A DNA stretch of 64,000 nucleotides, from positions 1,120,001 through 1,184,000 of the forward strand of contig CAVXGK010000002.1 in assembly GCA_963761305.1 (NCBI GenBank). The letters are read 5' to 3'. Numbering within the stretch: the stretch's first letter is position 1; each line of letters opens with the position of its first letter. The stretch comes from an uncultured Gemmatimonadaceae bacterium. Lineage in GTDB: Bacteria > Gemmatimonadota > Gemmatimonadetes > Gemmatimonadales > Gemmatimonadaceae. A program made the translations under genes and the position numbers. Below the pieces are notes generated by a model. It saw nothing but the letters and a program-made list of their open reading frames with translations, was not told where the DNA came from and did no database searches. Shown here piece by piece: positions 49,007 to 62,116 of this stretch.

Positions 49007-50704
49007 TCACGGCGCGGAGGCCGCCTTCGCGCGTCCCGTGTCGGGCGCGATGCGCTCGACGAGATACAGCCCGCACAACTCGTCGGACCGCCCGGTGCCG
49101 CACTGGTCCTGCGCCTGAAGCGTCGTCACGCGGTAGTCCGGGTTGTGGAGAACGCGCGACTTGAACCAGTACAGCTCTCCTTCGTCGAGCACCAGAAATC
49201 GATCGTTCCGCGCCAGGAAGCTCGCGCCCTGCTCCACCCGATGCGACGGATAGTACCGATGCATCGCGTCCATCAGCTTGTACTCCGTCGGGCCGACCGG
49301 CGAGTCCTGTCGCAGCGCCGATTCCCAATCCAAAACGAACACGTACCGCTCGGGATGCGCGGAGTAGAACACGCGCGGCAGATACGTGTGCGTCGACACG
49401 GTCACAATCGGTAGATCGTAGCGAAAGTCGAGGCTGTCGCCGGCGGGCGGTGAGGCACCCGGAACGTTGTCGGCACGGGAGATCGGTGCGTAGAGCGCGC
49501 CGGCGGTCATCGCCGCGAGGACCCAGATGTACGAGCCCGCGGGCGGCCCCTGCGTCGCGCCGATCCGGTCACACCGCGCCAGCGACAACCCCCACGACAG
49601 CGCGCGGTCGAGCGCCGCACACCCGAGAATGGCGTACGCGAAAGAGAGCGGTACGAGATAGCGCGGCAGGAAGATCGGCGTCGCAACGCGCGACCACGCC
49701 CAGATCGCGCCGGCCACGAGCACCCAAGCGACGGCCACGAGCACCAGGTGGCGCGGGTCGCCGCGCCTCTGATCCACGGCATTCGAGGCCGACGGAATCG
49801 AGCGCCGCGCAACCGCGATCGCCACGCCGGCCGCCATGAAGATGAGCATCGCGGCGCGCGGTGTGAGACCGAGCAGCAGCGCCCTGCCGAGATCGAGCAC
49901 GGTCGGACGCGCGATGGGAAAGTGCGGCGCGCCGACCTGCATCTGCACGCGCAACGCGGGAAGCCAAACGAGAAACGCGAGACATCCGGCGAGCCATGCC
50001 GTGTAGAGCAACGGCCGCACACGTCGGCGATCGATGTCGAACAAGACGAGGGCCGAGAGCGCGGCGACGCTATAGGCCAGACCGAAGACGTGCGTGAGAC
50101 AGAGCGCGGCTTGAACGACGGCGACGGCCGCGAGCTCGACCACACGGGAGAATCCCCGGCGGTCGTCCACCGTCGCGGCGCGATCGACCTGAACGAGCGT
50201 GAGCGCGCACAGCGCGAGCAGGAGCCCGTACGAGCGAGCTTCCGCCAACTGCGCCAGCACCACGGTCGGCACGAGCAGGGCGGCGCAGATCGCGGCGCAC
50301 CGGACAGCGAGCGGGAAATACGGACGCAGCACCCGCCAGACGAGCACGAACGCCGCCGCGGCGAAGATTCCGGCGAGCGCGCGGAGCGACATGGCCGAGA
50401 CGCCAAACACACGTCCCCATCCCCACGCGATCACGTAGAACAAGGGCGGCGTGGTGTCGACTTGGTCGGCGAGCGCGCGCACCATGTGCCGAAGCGACGG
50501 ATCGGTGACGAGCGTGGCGGTGAGCAGCTCGTCCACCCACATGTAGCGCACCGCCGCGTCCATGACGTTGGCGGTGACGATCGCAAGCGCGGCCGCGAAC
50601 GGAGTCCACCGCTCGACGACTCCCGCGAGCGCCTCGGGACTCAGCGCCGCGAACGATCGGGAATAGGACCGGGAACGACCGGTGAGGCGGAGGGTGGCCG
50701 ACAT
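49007..50704 (-). CDS. Polytopic membrane glycosyltransferase (GT-C, PMT/ArnT-like)
   Basis: MWVDE, PPLFY, LRAL, EARSYG, THVFG, PRY motifs; many TM helices. Confidence 0.8.
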   Translation of the reverse strand: MSATLRLTGRSRSYSRSFAALSPEALAGVVERWTPFAAALAIVTANVMDAAVRYMWVDELLTATLVTDPSLRHMVRALADQVDTTPPLFYVIAWGWGRVFGVSAMSLRALAGIFAAAAFVLVWRVLRPYFPLAVRCAAICAALLVPTVVLAQLAEARSYGLLLALCALTLVQVDRAATVDDRRGFSRVVELAAVAVVQAALCLTHVFGLAYSVAALSALVLFDIDRRRVRPLLYTAWLAGCLAFLVWLPALRVQMQVGAPHFPIARPTVLDLGRALLLGLTPRAAMLIFMAAGVAIAVARRSIPSASNAVDQRRGDPRHLVLVAVAWVLVAGAIWAWSRVATPIFLPRYLVPLSFAYAILGCAALDRALSWGLSLARCDRIGATQGPPAGSYIWVLAAMTAGALYAPISRADNVPGASPPAGDSLDFRYDLPIVTVSTHTYLPRVFYSAHPERYVFVLDWESALRQDSPVGPTEYKLMDAMHRYYPSHRVEQGASFLARNDRFLVLDEGELYWFKSRVLHNPDYRVTTLQAQDQCGTGRSDELCGLYLVERIAPDTGRAKAASAP

Positions 50705-50745
50705 GCACCTTCAAGACGCACGAAGGCGCGACGAAGCAAACTCTG

Positions 50746-52425
50746 CTACTCGTGAAGGGCTCGATGAACGAGGGCGACCGCCGACGCTCCTTCCCCGACC
50801 GCCGACGCCACGCGCTTCATGCTCCCCGACCGCACGTCGCCCACGGCGAAAATTCCGGGGAGACTCGTCTCGAGCGTGTGCGGCGCGCGCGCCAGCGGCC
50901 ATCCGGCCAACGCGAGATCGTCCGTCGACAGATCGGCGCCCGTCTTGATGAAACCCTGATCGTCGCACACCACGCAGCCCTCGAGCCATGAAGTGCTCGG
51001 CGAGGCACCGGTCATCACGAAGACGTGGCGGATCGCGTTGCGCTCGATCTCGCCGGTGGGAGTATGACGCCAGGCGATGTTCTCCAGATGCGCGCCGCCG
51101 TCGGCTTCGACGAGCTCCGTCTCGGTATGGAGCGTGATCTTCGGGTTCGCTTCGATACGTCGAATCAGGTAGCGCGACATCGTGTCGGAGAGCCCGTGGC
51201 CGCGCACCAGCACGTGGACGTGCTGCGCCGTTTCGGCGAGAAAGACCGAGGCCTGGCCAGCCGAGTTGCCGCCGCCCACGACAACGACGTCGGCGCCGGC
51301 GCAGAGCTGCGCTTCCATGAACGTCGCGCCGTAGTAGACGCCCGCTCCCTCGAACGCGCGTAGCCGCGTGAGTCCGAGCCGCCGGTACTCGGCGCCGGTC
51401 GCGATGATGATCGAGCGCGCGGCGATGCGTTCGTTGCCGTCGATTTCGATCGCGTACGGCCGCCGGTCGCACGCCAGGCGCTGCGCATGCTTGGCGACGA
51501 TGAGATCGGCGCCGAACTTCTGCGCTTGATTGTAGGCGCGCGCGGCCAGCTCCTGCCCCGAGATGCCATTCGGAAATCCGAGATAGTTCTCGATGCGAGA
51601 GCTCGAACCGGCCTGGCCTCCAGCCGAGCTGTTCTCGACGACGAGCGCGTCGAGCCCCTCGGACGCCGCGTACACGGCGGCGGCGAGTCCGGCCGGCCCC
51701 GCGCCGACGATGACGACGTCGCGCAGATGCCCGAGGTCGACGGTCTCGTTGAAGCCGAGAAATTCCGCGATCTGCACGTTGCTCGGATTCCGCAGGACCG
51801 TGTTGCCGCGATGCAGCAGGACGGGAATGTCGGCCAGCCCGACGCCGTAGTGATCGAGCAGTTCCTGGACACCCGGGTCGGTGTCGAGGTCGATCAACTG
51901 AAACGGATGGCCGTTCCGCGTGAGGAACTCGCGGATGCGGAGCGTGCCGGCGCAATGCGCCGAGCCGACGAGAACGACGTCGCCGAGTCCGCGGGCAATG
52001 AGTTGCACGCGGCGCAGAATGAACGCGCGGGTGAAGATGTCGCCCAGCTCCGCGTCGACCTGCAGCAGCCGCAGCATGTGCTCGCGGTCGATCTCGATCA
52101 CGTCGCTCGCTTCGCGCGCACGAATGCGGGCGAGGGCGCGCCGGCCAGTCAGAATGTTCGCTTCGCCGGTGAATTGACCGGGTCCGGCGATGGTGAGAAC
52201 CGTTTCGCTCTCGCGCGACGGCCGCATGATCTCCAGCGAGCCGTGAACGACGACGTAGGAGCCCGGATTCGGCGTGCCCGGTTCGAGCAACACCTCACCC
52301 TCCTCGACGTGCCGAAGCTGCCCACAGCCGCGGGCACGCGCGAGGTGCGCGGCGCTCAGCGTCGGGAAGACGTGATCGGTGGCCTGGTCGAGGGTCGGCG
52401 GCGGGCCAGCTTGGGCTGTCATCAT
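50746..52425 (-). CDS. cNMP-binding domain fused to thioredoxin reductase-like FAD oxidoreductase
   Basis: N-terminal cNMP domain (GQFTGE); GAGPAG, GGQAGSSSRIENYLGFP, GGGNSAGQ, GIFAVGDVRSGS.KRVASAVGEG. Confidence 0.9.
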   Translation of the reverse strand: MMTAQAGPPPTLDQATDHVFPTLSAAHLARARGCGQLRHVEEGEVLLEPGTPNPGSYVVVHGSLEIMRPSRESETVLTIAGPGQFTGEANILTGRRALARIRAREASDVIEIDREHMLRLLQVDAELGDIFTRAFILRRVQLIARGLGDVVLVGSAHCAGTLRIREFLTRNGHPFQLIDLDTDPGVQELLDHYGVGLADIPVLLHRGNTVLRNPSNVQIAEFLGFNETVDLGHLRDVVIVGAGPAGLAAAVYAASEGLDALVVENSSAGGQAGSSSRIENYLGFPNGISGQELAARAYNQAQKFGADLIVAKHAQRLACDRRPYAIEIDGNERIAARSIIIATGAEYRRLGLTRLRAFEGAGVYYGATFMEAQLCAGADVVVVGGGNSAGQASVFLAETAQHVHVLVRGHGLSDTMSRYLIRRIEANPKITLHTETELVEADGGAHLENIAWRHTPTGEIERNAIRHVFVMTGASPSTSWLEGCVVCDDQGFIKTGADLSTDDLALAGWPLARAPHTLETSLPGIFAVGDVRSGSMKRVASAVGEGASAVALVHRALHE

Positions 52426-52438
52426 TCGATAATACTCG

Positions 52439-52462
52439 GGTGGACCGGTGGATCGGTGGACG
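52439..52462. repeat. 8-bp tandem repeat GGTGGAYN x3
   Basis: GGTGGACC GGTGGATC GGTGGACG. Confidence 0.7.
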
Positions 52463-52538
52463 TCTCTTTCCCCTACGGTCGAGCTCGCAATACCGCATCG
52501 GGACTCGCATTTTTCGAGACCCTCAACGGAACTCGGAC

Positions 52539-53057
52539 ATGCGTTTCGCCGGCTCGCTGGTCTCGCTCGCGTCTCTCGCCGTCGTCTCCGCGCTTCCTGC
52601 GCAATCGCCCGTGCCTCAGACGAAATTGCCCATCCCTCACGGGGGATTCCCGGACGTCGACGCATGTTCGGTGCTCACGCCGGCCCAAGCGAGCACCGCG
52701 ATCGGGGTACCGGTGCAGGCGCATCATCTCGTCGAACCACGCAAGGGGACATGCTTCTGGTCCGACTCCCCGACGGGCGACGCTGACAACCGTCGCGTCT
52801 TGGTCACCATCATGACGGACGCCGTGTACGACCACATGAAGACGAGCCCCGCTCTCAAGACCGAGCCTGCCACCAGCGTAGCCCAAGACGCGTTCTTTGT
52901 GATTCCCACCGGCGGCGACCCGATTCTCCTCGTGAGAAAGAGCGGCGTCCCGTTCCAGATCAAGATCCTGAACGGCTTCAAGGTGAAGCCGCCGCTCTCG
53001 CCGAGCGAAATCAAAGCTCGGGAGCTTGTACTCGGGAACTCCGCTGCGCTGCCGTGA
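52539..53057 (+). CDS. Hypothetical secreted protein
   Basis: Signal peptide; DACSVLTPAQASTAIG and C.W pattern. Confidence 0.65.
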   Translation: MRFAGSLVSLASLAVVSALPAQSPVPQTKLPIPHGGFPDVDACSVLTPAQASTAIGVPVQAHHLVEPRKGTCFWSDSPTGDADNRRVLVTIMTDAVYDHMKTSPALKTEPATSVAQDAFFVIPTGGDPILLVRKSGVPFQIKILNGFKVKPPLSPSEIKARELVLGNSAALP

Positions 53058-53067
53058 GACGGCGGCG

Positions 53068-55677
<2,610 letters not shown>

Positions 55678-55801
55678 GCGCGGTCAGAGGGCAACGGGGG
55701 TGCCCCGGCGACCCGCCAAAGCGGCGGATTCGGGGGCCCTTGCAAGGTACCGGGCCCCCGTCCCCTGCCGAAATCGCGCCCGGGCCGACCTCTGCTGGCA
55801 G

Positions 55802-57574
55802 CTACTCCTTGCCGCAGGTCGCGTGTTTGACCGAGCCCGCAAAGTCGGTCAGACCCGGCAACGCGCCCAGGATCTGGGCCGCGATTGCGGGATCGGCGCT
55901 GCCGCCCTTCGGCAACGCGATCGACACGAGGTCGACGAACTCCTGCAACCGCGTCGACGACTCGCACATCGCCTGTCGTTCGGCACGCGTGGGAGACTTG
56001 GTCTTCGTCCGCTCCGCGAGCGATTGCGCCTCGTTGGTCGCGATCTGGTAGGCCGCGACGCCGATGTAGAACTGGCTACGCGGCGACGACGCGACGCTGT
56101 CCACCGCCTGTGCATAGTGCAGCACGCGTTCCCACGCCGAGCGCGCTTGCGTGGTCTGCGCGGTGTCGAGCGCAGGAGCGACGACGGCAAGCAGCGGCCC
56201 GCTGACGGCATCCGCCGTCACGCCCGCCGCGAGCGCGCGTCGAGCAGTGGAGATGGTGCTATCGAGCCCGTCCGCTTTCGCGTGCGCGGCGATCGCGAGC
56301 TGCCACGCGGCGCGGTTCGCCGGCTCGATCGCCAATACGCGATCGATGAAACTCAGCGCATCGCGCGGTGTCGCTCCGTCGACCGCGTCGCGTGCGAGAA
56401 CGAGAAGGAAGTCCACGTTCTTGGGGAAGCGCGAAGACGCCTCGAGCGCGATTCGGTGCGACGCGAGCGTGTCGTGCGCGTTCGCGGCGGCGCCGAGCTG
56501 GCGCTGGTAGAAGTTGACCGTCGCCGCGATGCTGTCGGCAGCGATCAGTACGGGACCAGTCCTCAGCGCCTCGGCGAATCTGCCGAGGTGGAGCTCGAGC
56601 AGCCATTTCTTCTTGAGCAGTTCGGCGTTTGCCGGCGAATACGTCAGCGCCGTGTCCAGCGTGGCGAGGCCGGATTCGGATTGTCCAACGCCGACAAGTT
56701 GATCGACAAGACTCAGCGTGACTACGACGTTGGTCGAGTCGACGCGGTGCAGCACGCGCGTGGCGTCGAGCTCGCGCGACGTGTCGGATTTCTGCGCGTA
56801 GGTGTCGACGAGGGTTGCCCACGCCACCGGACTCGTCGAGTCGACGGTGGTGACGGCCAACGCGGCGGCGATGATCGAATCCGGCGACGCGTGACTGGCG
56901 GTGAGAATCGAGAGCGCGCACAGATTGAGCGCCGGCGACGTCGGCCTGATCTTCAGTCCTTGCTGCGCGGCGGCCGTCGCTTGCCGATAGTCGCCTATCA
57001 GGACGGCCTTTCGACATTCGTTGTTGAACGCGAGCGCGCGGATCGCCTCCGACACGGCGCGATCCACTTTCTTCGCCACGTCGCCGACGTCCGCCCCGAC
57101 GATGGGGGCGAGCGGCTCGGCGACGATCTCGCGACCGCGCGCCGTGAGCAGGCGAATCGACGTCTTCATGCCCTCCGGCGTTCGCTCCACCGTGCCGGCA
57201 AGCGCGTAGTCGCCACGGACCTGCTTGGCGAGCTCCATCAGATCGGTCGTGCTGAGCACCGAGTCGGGATAGTAGCCGTATCCAGCGAGCGCTTGTCTTA
57301 TTGTCGAAGCCGGCGTGACGTAGATATCCGTCGCGCTGTGTTCGGATTGGATTCGCTGGCGGATCGCGTCAGCCGCGGCCAGTCCGACGCTCGGGTCGGA
57401 GCTCGCCAACACGCTGACGACGAGTTGCGGTGTGTCCGGCCCGGGTGCGCCCCCGCGCTGCGGCGGCGCCGGACGCTGAGCCGCCAGCGGATGGAGCGCC
57501 ACCAGAAGCAGTCCGCCAAGCACGAGACCTGGAACAGCTGGACGACTCTTCGCGCTACGTGATCGCGGGATCAT
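55802..57574 (-). CDS. Secreted TPR-like helical repeat protein
   Basis: AGGAGG RBS; signal peptide; alpha/beta N-terminal domain then helical repeats. Confidence 0.7.
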   Translation of the reverse strand: MIPRSRSAKSRPAVPGLVLGGLLLVALHPLAAQRPAPPQRGGAPGPDTPQLVVSVLASSDPSVGLAAADAIRQRIQSEHSATDIYVTPASTIRQALAGYGYYPDSVLSTTDLMELAKQVRGDYALAGTVERTPEGMKTSIRLLTARGREIVAEPLAPIVGADVGDVAKKVDRAVSEAIRALAFNNECRKAVLIGDYRQATAAAQQGLKIRPTSPALNLCALSILTASHASPDSIIAAALAVTTVDSTSPVAWATLVDTYAQKSDTSRELDATRVLHRVDSTNVVVTLSLVDQLVGVGQSESGLATLDTALTYSPANAELLKKKWLLELHLGRFAEALRTGPVLIAADSIAATVNFYQRQLGAAANAHDTLASHRIALEASSRFPKNVDFLLVLARDAVDGATPRDALSFIDRVLAIEPANRAAWQLAIAAHAKADGLDSTISTARRALAAGVTADAVSGPLLAVVAPALDTAQTTQARSAWERVLHYAQAVDSVASSPRSQFYIGVAAYQIATNEAQSLAERTKTKSPTRAERQAMCESSTRLQEFVDLVSIALPKGGSADPAIAAQILGALPGLTDFAGSVKHATCGKE

Positions 57575-57771
57575 AGAGCCTCCTTGTGTCGATGCTATAA
57601 CTGACCCTTGCCCATCCGTTGTCAAGAGTCAAATAACTAGACTACTGATAAAGTCCGCCTGACGAGGCCCCCTGTGGCTGGAGCAACCGACCAAAATGTC
57701 GGGCCCGGCCTGGCGACGTCGTTCTCTTGATAGAGCCTCGCTGGTCCACGCACTCTTTGAGCGTTTCGAAC

Positions 57772-58662
57772 ATGAAAGCGATTGTCGGAAGTCGCGCCCG
57801 CGCCACCGCCGGCATGCGCGCGTCGCTCGTTGTCGCGGCCGTGGTCACGATTGCCGCTTGTGGGGACCAAAGCGCCCCGGCCACCGGGGTCATCTCAACG
57901 GCGCCGTCACAGCCGACGGCGCCCTCGGCTCCGCCGAACGTCCAACTGCGTGGTAGCGCCTTCGTCAGCACCCCGTGGTGGGCTGGGTCGGCTTACCCAA
58001 TCCCGCCCCTCGTCGAAGTCGTCGTGAACTTCGAGGCGGCATCGAACGTAACGGTGCGGTGGTCGGCAACGAACGGGGGGACGGTCGGGACCGAGGCGGT
58101 CACGAGTACAGACGCCCAAGGCAAGTCGGTTTGCCCACCGTGGATTCTCGGGAGAGCCGGCGTGGACAGCGTGACGGCCAGCGTCGACCCCGTGCCTGGC
58201 CGGACAGACACGCTGCGCGCGTCGTTCAGCGTTACCGCGCTCGCCCAACCGGCGCAGTTCGCGGAGTACCGGTTGCTGCTCGTCAACGGCGTGTCGCCGC
58301 CTACGCCGAACCAGGTCGAACAAGACATCGTCGGCGGCCTGCTGCGGCTGGGAAGCGATGGAACCCTCGAGTGGATCGAGTATGACGGCGGGTTCGGTTC
58401 TCAGTATCCCGTCTGGGGCACTGGACGCTTCGCGGTCAGCCAGGGGGCGATCGCCTTCAGCCCCACTGCGGGCGCCGATAGCTCGAGGTTTCCGGGTGCG
58501 ACGGCTACCGTTGTCGGCGACACGCTCACCACGAGCTTCATGAAGGTGATCGAGGTCGGCCTGGATTCCGAGACGGTGTTGCGCACCGAGACCTTCGTAC
58601 GCGCATCGGGCCCGCCAGTGGGTGAGTTGAGCGCGCCGAGCGGATTCGCGAGACGGCGATGA
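57772..58662 (+). CDS. Lipoprotein with Ig-like domain
   Basis: Lipobox IAAC; TVRWSATNGG..V.....TDAQG..W.LG; start 57772 or 57814. Confidence 0.7.
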   Translation: MKAIVGSRARATAGMRASLVVAAVVTIAACGDQSAPATGVISTAPSQPTAPSAPPNVQLRGSAFVSTPWWAGSAYPIPPLVEVVVNFEAASNVTVRWSATNGGTVGTEAVTSTDAQGKSVCPPWILGRAGVDSVTASVDPVPGRTDTLRASFSVTALAQPAQFAEYRLLLVNGVSPPTPNQVEQDIVGGLLRLGSDGTLEWIEYDGGFGSQYPVWGTGRFAVSQGAIAFSPTAGADSSRFPGATATVVGDTLTTSFMKVIEVGLDSETVLRTETFVRASGPPVGELSAPSGFARRR

Positions 58663-58692
58663 AACGGCCATGACGGGAGGAACCGGAGCGCG

Positions 58693-58725
58693 AAAAGCGC
58701 CGAGGAGCAGGTCGCTCCTCGGCGC
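58693..58725 (-). terminator. Intrinsic terminator between convergent genes
   Basis: GCGCCGAGGAGC-AGGTC-GCTCCTCGGCGC 12-bp stem followed by TTTT on the minus strand. Confidence 0.75.
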
Positions 58726-58757
58726 GTTCTCACTCTTTGCCTTCGTCGCGAACCGAA

Positions 58758-59225
58758 CTACTTGCGATAGTAGATCCGCGTCGACGCTTCCAATTTGCCG
58801 TCTACGATGAGCTGCACGATGTACGCGCCGGAAGCGGCCTCCGGACCGCCGCCCTCGACCTTTCCGTCCCAGAACGCGACGTAGTCCCCACACGCCAACC
58901 GCAGGTTGGAAATGCGTGCACCGTTCATCGAGCTGGACGCGCTCGACGTCGAATTCGCGGCCGGACCGAGAAGAACCGGAATCACCACTGGCTGGGCCAG
59001 GATGTTCAGGATCCGCACGGTGACCACGTGTGTCTCTCCGGACGCGCACGCTTCGCCAACGGTGAATGGCGTGCGAACGACCGGGTTGAAGGGATTCGGA
59101 TAACTCTTCCCGAGCTTCCCTGCACTGGGCTTTTGGGGCGACTGCCCTTGCTGCCCCGCCGCTTGCTTTGGCGTCATCGCCAAATACACAAGCACCAGCA
59201 CCAGTGCTGGCCAGCGGTGGAACAT
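58758..59225 (-). CDS. Secreted protein consisting of a FlgD-Ig / C-terminal sorting-domain-like module
   Basis: Signal peptide; LGKSYPNPFNP, I.NILAQ.V, WDG, ASGAYIVQL. Confidence 0.75.
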   Translation of the reverse strand: MFHRWPALVLVLVYLAMTPKQAAGQQGQSPQKPSAGKLGKSYPNPFNPVVRTPFTVGEACASGETHVVTVRILNILAQPVVIPVLLGPAANSTSSASSSMNGARISNLRLACGDYVAFWDGKVEGGGPEAASGAYIVQLIVDGKLEASTRIYYRK

Positions 59226-59301
59226 ATTTTCTCCGCGCTAACGAAACAGGACCGTTACACGAGCTCCTGAAGGGGTGAACGAGACTACTGCTGGTGATCG
59301 G

Positions 59302-59330
59302 ATATTACGTCTCAATCAACTACCTGTCAA
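59302..59330 (-). promoter_or_regulatory. Putative sigma70 promoter
   Basis: Minus strand TTGACA-N17-TAATAT upstream of 59225. Confidence 0.55.
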
Positions 59331-59368
59331 GCAACGTAAGGTGACGGACGTGCATGTGGCACAGAGCT

Positions 59369-61201
59369 TTACACGCCTCGCCACACACGGCCACTCGGCC
59401 CACGAACCGTCAGTCCCGCACGATCGCAATACTCAAGTATCGGTATCAAGTACTTCCGCGACAGCCCGACGCGGTCACGAAGTGTGGCCGGCGTCACATC
59501 ATTTTGGTGCTCCATCACCGCTCGAATTCGATCCAGAACCGACGAGAGGTGGTTCGTTCTATAGTACCGTAACTGCTCGACTTGCACGATGTCGCCCCGC
59601 CGCGCCAAGAAAAACAGAACCGAGGTCAATGGTTGGCCGATCTCGGACTCCAATTCCGTCGTACTCGGCGGCTCCGCACCCGCCCGCTCGAGATGCTCGA
59701 GGATGCGCTGGGCTATGGTCGCATCGGTCGCGCCAAGGGTGACCGACCACCCCGGTCGAGCGACTCTGCCGTCCTCCAAAGTCAGACGGCCAGCCGCCAC
59801 GAGCGCGTCGATCGCCGCGGCCGCCAAGGGCGGCGGCGCCTTGGTCCTGCTCCGCAGCAGCTGAATCGGGATCCCCGGCTCGAGCGGACGGTCGGCGTGA
59901 AACGCCTCCACGATCGCGAGAATCGCCCCCTCGTGCGCACCCCGCGACTCGCGCGAGACGACCACGTCGCCCACCACGACCACGTCGTCACCCAGCTCGG
60001 CGATGAGCGTTCTCGAATGGCGCGGCGAACAACCGAGTCGAACCGGAAGCGAGTCCACCGGCACGCCCTGGCCAGCAGATTCGTCGAGCACGCGGCGGAA
60101 CCGCTCGCCTCGATCGATGCCCACCGGCCAGGGTTTGCCGCGCCGCGGCGCGTGCGGATCCGTGATGACGCCGCCGCCGATTGTGTTGAGCGGCGCGCTC
60201 TCGCGCAGCACGAATCGATCACCGGCACGGAGCACGACCGGCGCGTCGAAGGCGAGGCGGGCCGAGAAGGTCGCGCCCGGCTTGGCCTCGCGGGACACGA
60301 CCCGCGCGCCGACTTCCGTCGTGCCGACGTGAAAGCGCACCCAACTTCGCGGCCGCGGAGCCGCGCCGTCAGCCGGCAGCAGCGTGACGTCGGCGCGGGC
60401 GAACATCGTGGGGTGCCAGGCGAGGTCGGTGACGAGCGTCGAGCCGCGCGCGACCTGCGACGTCTCGACACCGGTGAGCGCGATGGCCGTACGAGCGCCG
60501 GGCTGCGCGGCGGCAACCGCCGCTCCGTGGCCCTGGACGCCGCGCACACGGGTGGAGACTGTGGACGGCAGGATGCGCACGACGTCGTCGCGGCGCACCG
60601 TGCCCGACCAGACGGTTCCGGTCACCACGGTGCCCGTGCCTTTGATCGTGAACGCACGGTCGATCGGCATGCGGAACAAGTCGTCTTCGTCGCGCGTGTG
60701 GACGGTCGAGGCGAGCGCCGTCAGGGCCGCGCGGAGCTCGGGGATGCCGCGGCCGGTGCGTACGGAGGTCGCAATGATCGGCGCTCCCGGCAGCGCACGC
60801 GCCGAGGCGTTTCGTACGTCGTCTTCGACGAGCGCGAGCCAGTCGTCGTCGACGAGATCGGCCTTGGTGAGCGCGATGACGCCGCTGTCGACGCCCAGAA
60901 TCTCGAGAATGGCGATGTGTTCGCGCGTCTGCGGCATCACACCTTCGTCGGCCGCCACGACGAGGAGCGCGAGGTCGACGCCGGTCGCGCCGGCGACCAT
61001 CGTGCGCACGAAGGCCTCGTGTCCGGGAACGTCGACGACGCCGACGACGCCCACGCCGTCGAGCGTGAGCGGCGCGAACCCCAACTCGATCGTGATGCCG
61101 CGCTTCTTCTCTTCGGGAAGACGGTCGGTGTCGACGCCCGTGAGCGCGCCGACGAGCGCCGTCTTGCCGTGGTCGATGTGCCCGGCCGTGCCGACGATCA
61201 C
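59369..61201 (-). CDS. selB: Selenocysteine-specific translation elongation factor
   Basis: [41 protein letters not shown]-terminal winged helix with [13 protein letters not shown]. Confidence 0.96.
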   Translation of the reverse strand: MIVGTAGHIDHGKTALVGALTGVDTDRLPEEKKRGITIELGFAPLTLDGVGVVGVVDVPGHEAFVRTMVAGATGVDLALLVVAADEGVMPQTREHIAILEILGVDSGVIALTKADLVDDDWLALVEDDVRNASARALPGAPIIATSVRTGRGIPELRAALTALASTVHTRDEDDLFRMPIDRAFTIKGTGTVVTGTVWSGTVRRDDVVRILPSTVSTRVRGVQGHGAAVAAAQPGARTAIALTGVETSQVARGSTLVTDLAWHPTMFARADVTLLPADGAAPRPRSWVRFHVGTTEVGARVVSREAKPGATFSARLAFDAPVVLRAGDRFVLRESAPLNTIGGGVITDPHAPRRGKPWPVGIDRGERFRRVLDESAGQGVPVDSLPVRLGCSPRHSRTLIAELGDDVVVVGDVVVSRESRGAHEGAILAIVEAFHADRPLEPGIPIQLLRSRTKAPPPLAAAAIDALVAAGRLTLEDGRVARPGWSVTLGATDATIAQRILEHLERAGAEPPSTTELESEIGQPLTSVLFFLARRGDIVQVEQLRYYRTNHLSSVLDRIRAVMEHQNDVTPATLRDRVGLSRKYLIPILEYCDRAGLTVRGPSGRVWRGV

Positions 61202-61954
61202 CTACACCAGCTCCCACGCATCGAGCGCGCGCAGCGGCTTGTCGTCGGCCAGATGCTCGCGCACGAACTCGCGCAGCAGACGCTGATGCGCTCGCGCCTC
61301 GAGCGCGTCGGCCACGTCGTGCGGATCGCCGGCGAGCCACGTGCGCAGCGCGACCCGTGCCGCCGGAGGAAGCGTGCGCCCCGTCCGCGCCAGCGGCCGG
61401 CAGCGCGCACACACGACGCCACCCGCCGGATGACTGAACAGCGCCGGCTCGTCGATGAGGAGCGCCGAGTGACACTCGGCGCATTCATCGATCGTCGGAG
61501 CGAAGCCCAACGCGGCGAGAACGCGCCACGCGGCGGCCAGCGTCGCGTCGCGCGCGCTGGCTCCCGGGGCGGCGCCGATGTCGTCGAGGCCGAGTGTGAC
61601 GGCGTCGAAGAGCTCGGCGTCGGCACCGGCGTGCGCGAAGCGAAGCCCCATTTCGGCGATCGCCGCGGCGCCGTTGAATCGCGCGAGATGCGCGGCCAGC
61701 TGCGGCCGCGCGCGATCCAGGTCGAACCCGCCGAGCGTGTCGAGGTCGCGGCCGGGTTTGATGTGGAGCTCAGCGGAACCCTGCACGTAGAGATCGAGCG
61801 TCGCGCCCCCGCCGAAGCGCCGCTGCGACCGGCGCGCGCCACGCGCGAGCACCGAGCGCACGCCGGCATCGCGCGTCAGCAGCCGCAGGATGCGCGACGA
61901 CTCGAGGTAGTCGAACGAGTGAAGGACGATCGCGTCCGTCACCAGCAGGGTCAT
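61202..61954 (-). CDS. recO: DNA repair protein RecO
   Basis: TDAIVL...[11 protein letters not shown]...G...[17 protein letters not shown]...CARC zinc finger. Confidence 0.93.
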   Translation of the reverse strand: MTLLVTDAIVLHSFDYLESSRILRLLTRDAGVRSVLARGARRSQRRFGGGATLDLYVQGSAELHIKPGRDLDTLGGFDLDRARPQLAAHLARFNGAAAIAEMGLRFAHAGADAELFDAVTLGLDDIGAAPGASARDATLAAAWRVLAALGFAPTIDECAECHSALLIDEPALFSHPAGGVVCARCRPLARTGRTLPPAARVALRTWLAGDPHDVADALEARAHQRLLREFVREHLADDKPLRALDAWELV

Positions 61955-61974
61955 AGCGGGTCGATGCGGGAATG

Positions 61975-62060
61975 GGTGGACAGGTGGACCGGTGGACGGG
62001 CGGACGGGTGGAGAGGCAGAAGTCGGACGCCTGACTTCTGACATCTGACGTCAGACTTCT
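61975..62060. repeat. 8-bp repeat (GGTGGACN x5) followed by 7-bp repeat (GACNTCT-like x6)
   Basis: GGTGGACA GGTGGACC GGTGGACG GGCGGACG GGTGGAGA; GAAGTCG GACGCCT GACTTCT GACATCT GACGTCA GACTTCT. Confidence 0.8.
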
Positions 62061-62116
62061 AGCCGACGTTCATCTTTTGCCTCTCCAATCGTCCCCCCAC
62101 CCGACCACCTAGAAAA

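Noticed and set aside
55680..55800. CIRCE/HAIR heat-shock operator upstream of clpB
   Set aside because: Only GC-rich hairpins are present; no TTAGCACTC-N9-GAGTGCTAA or CTTGAGT-N7-ACTCAAG match.
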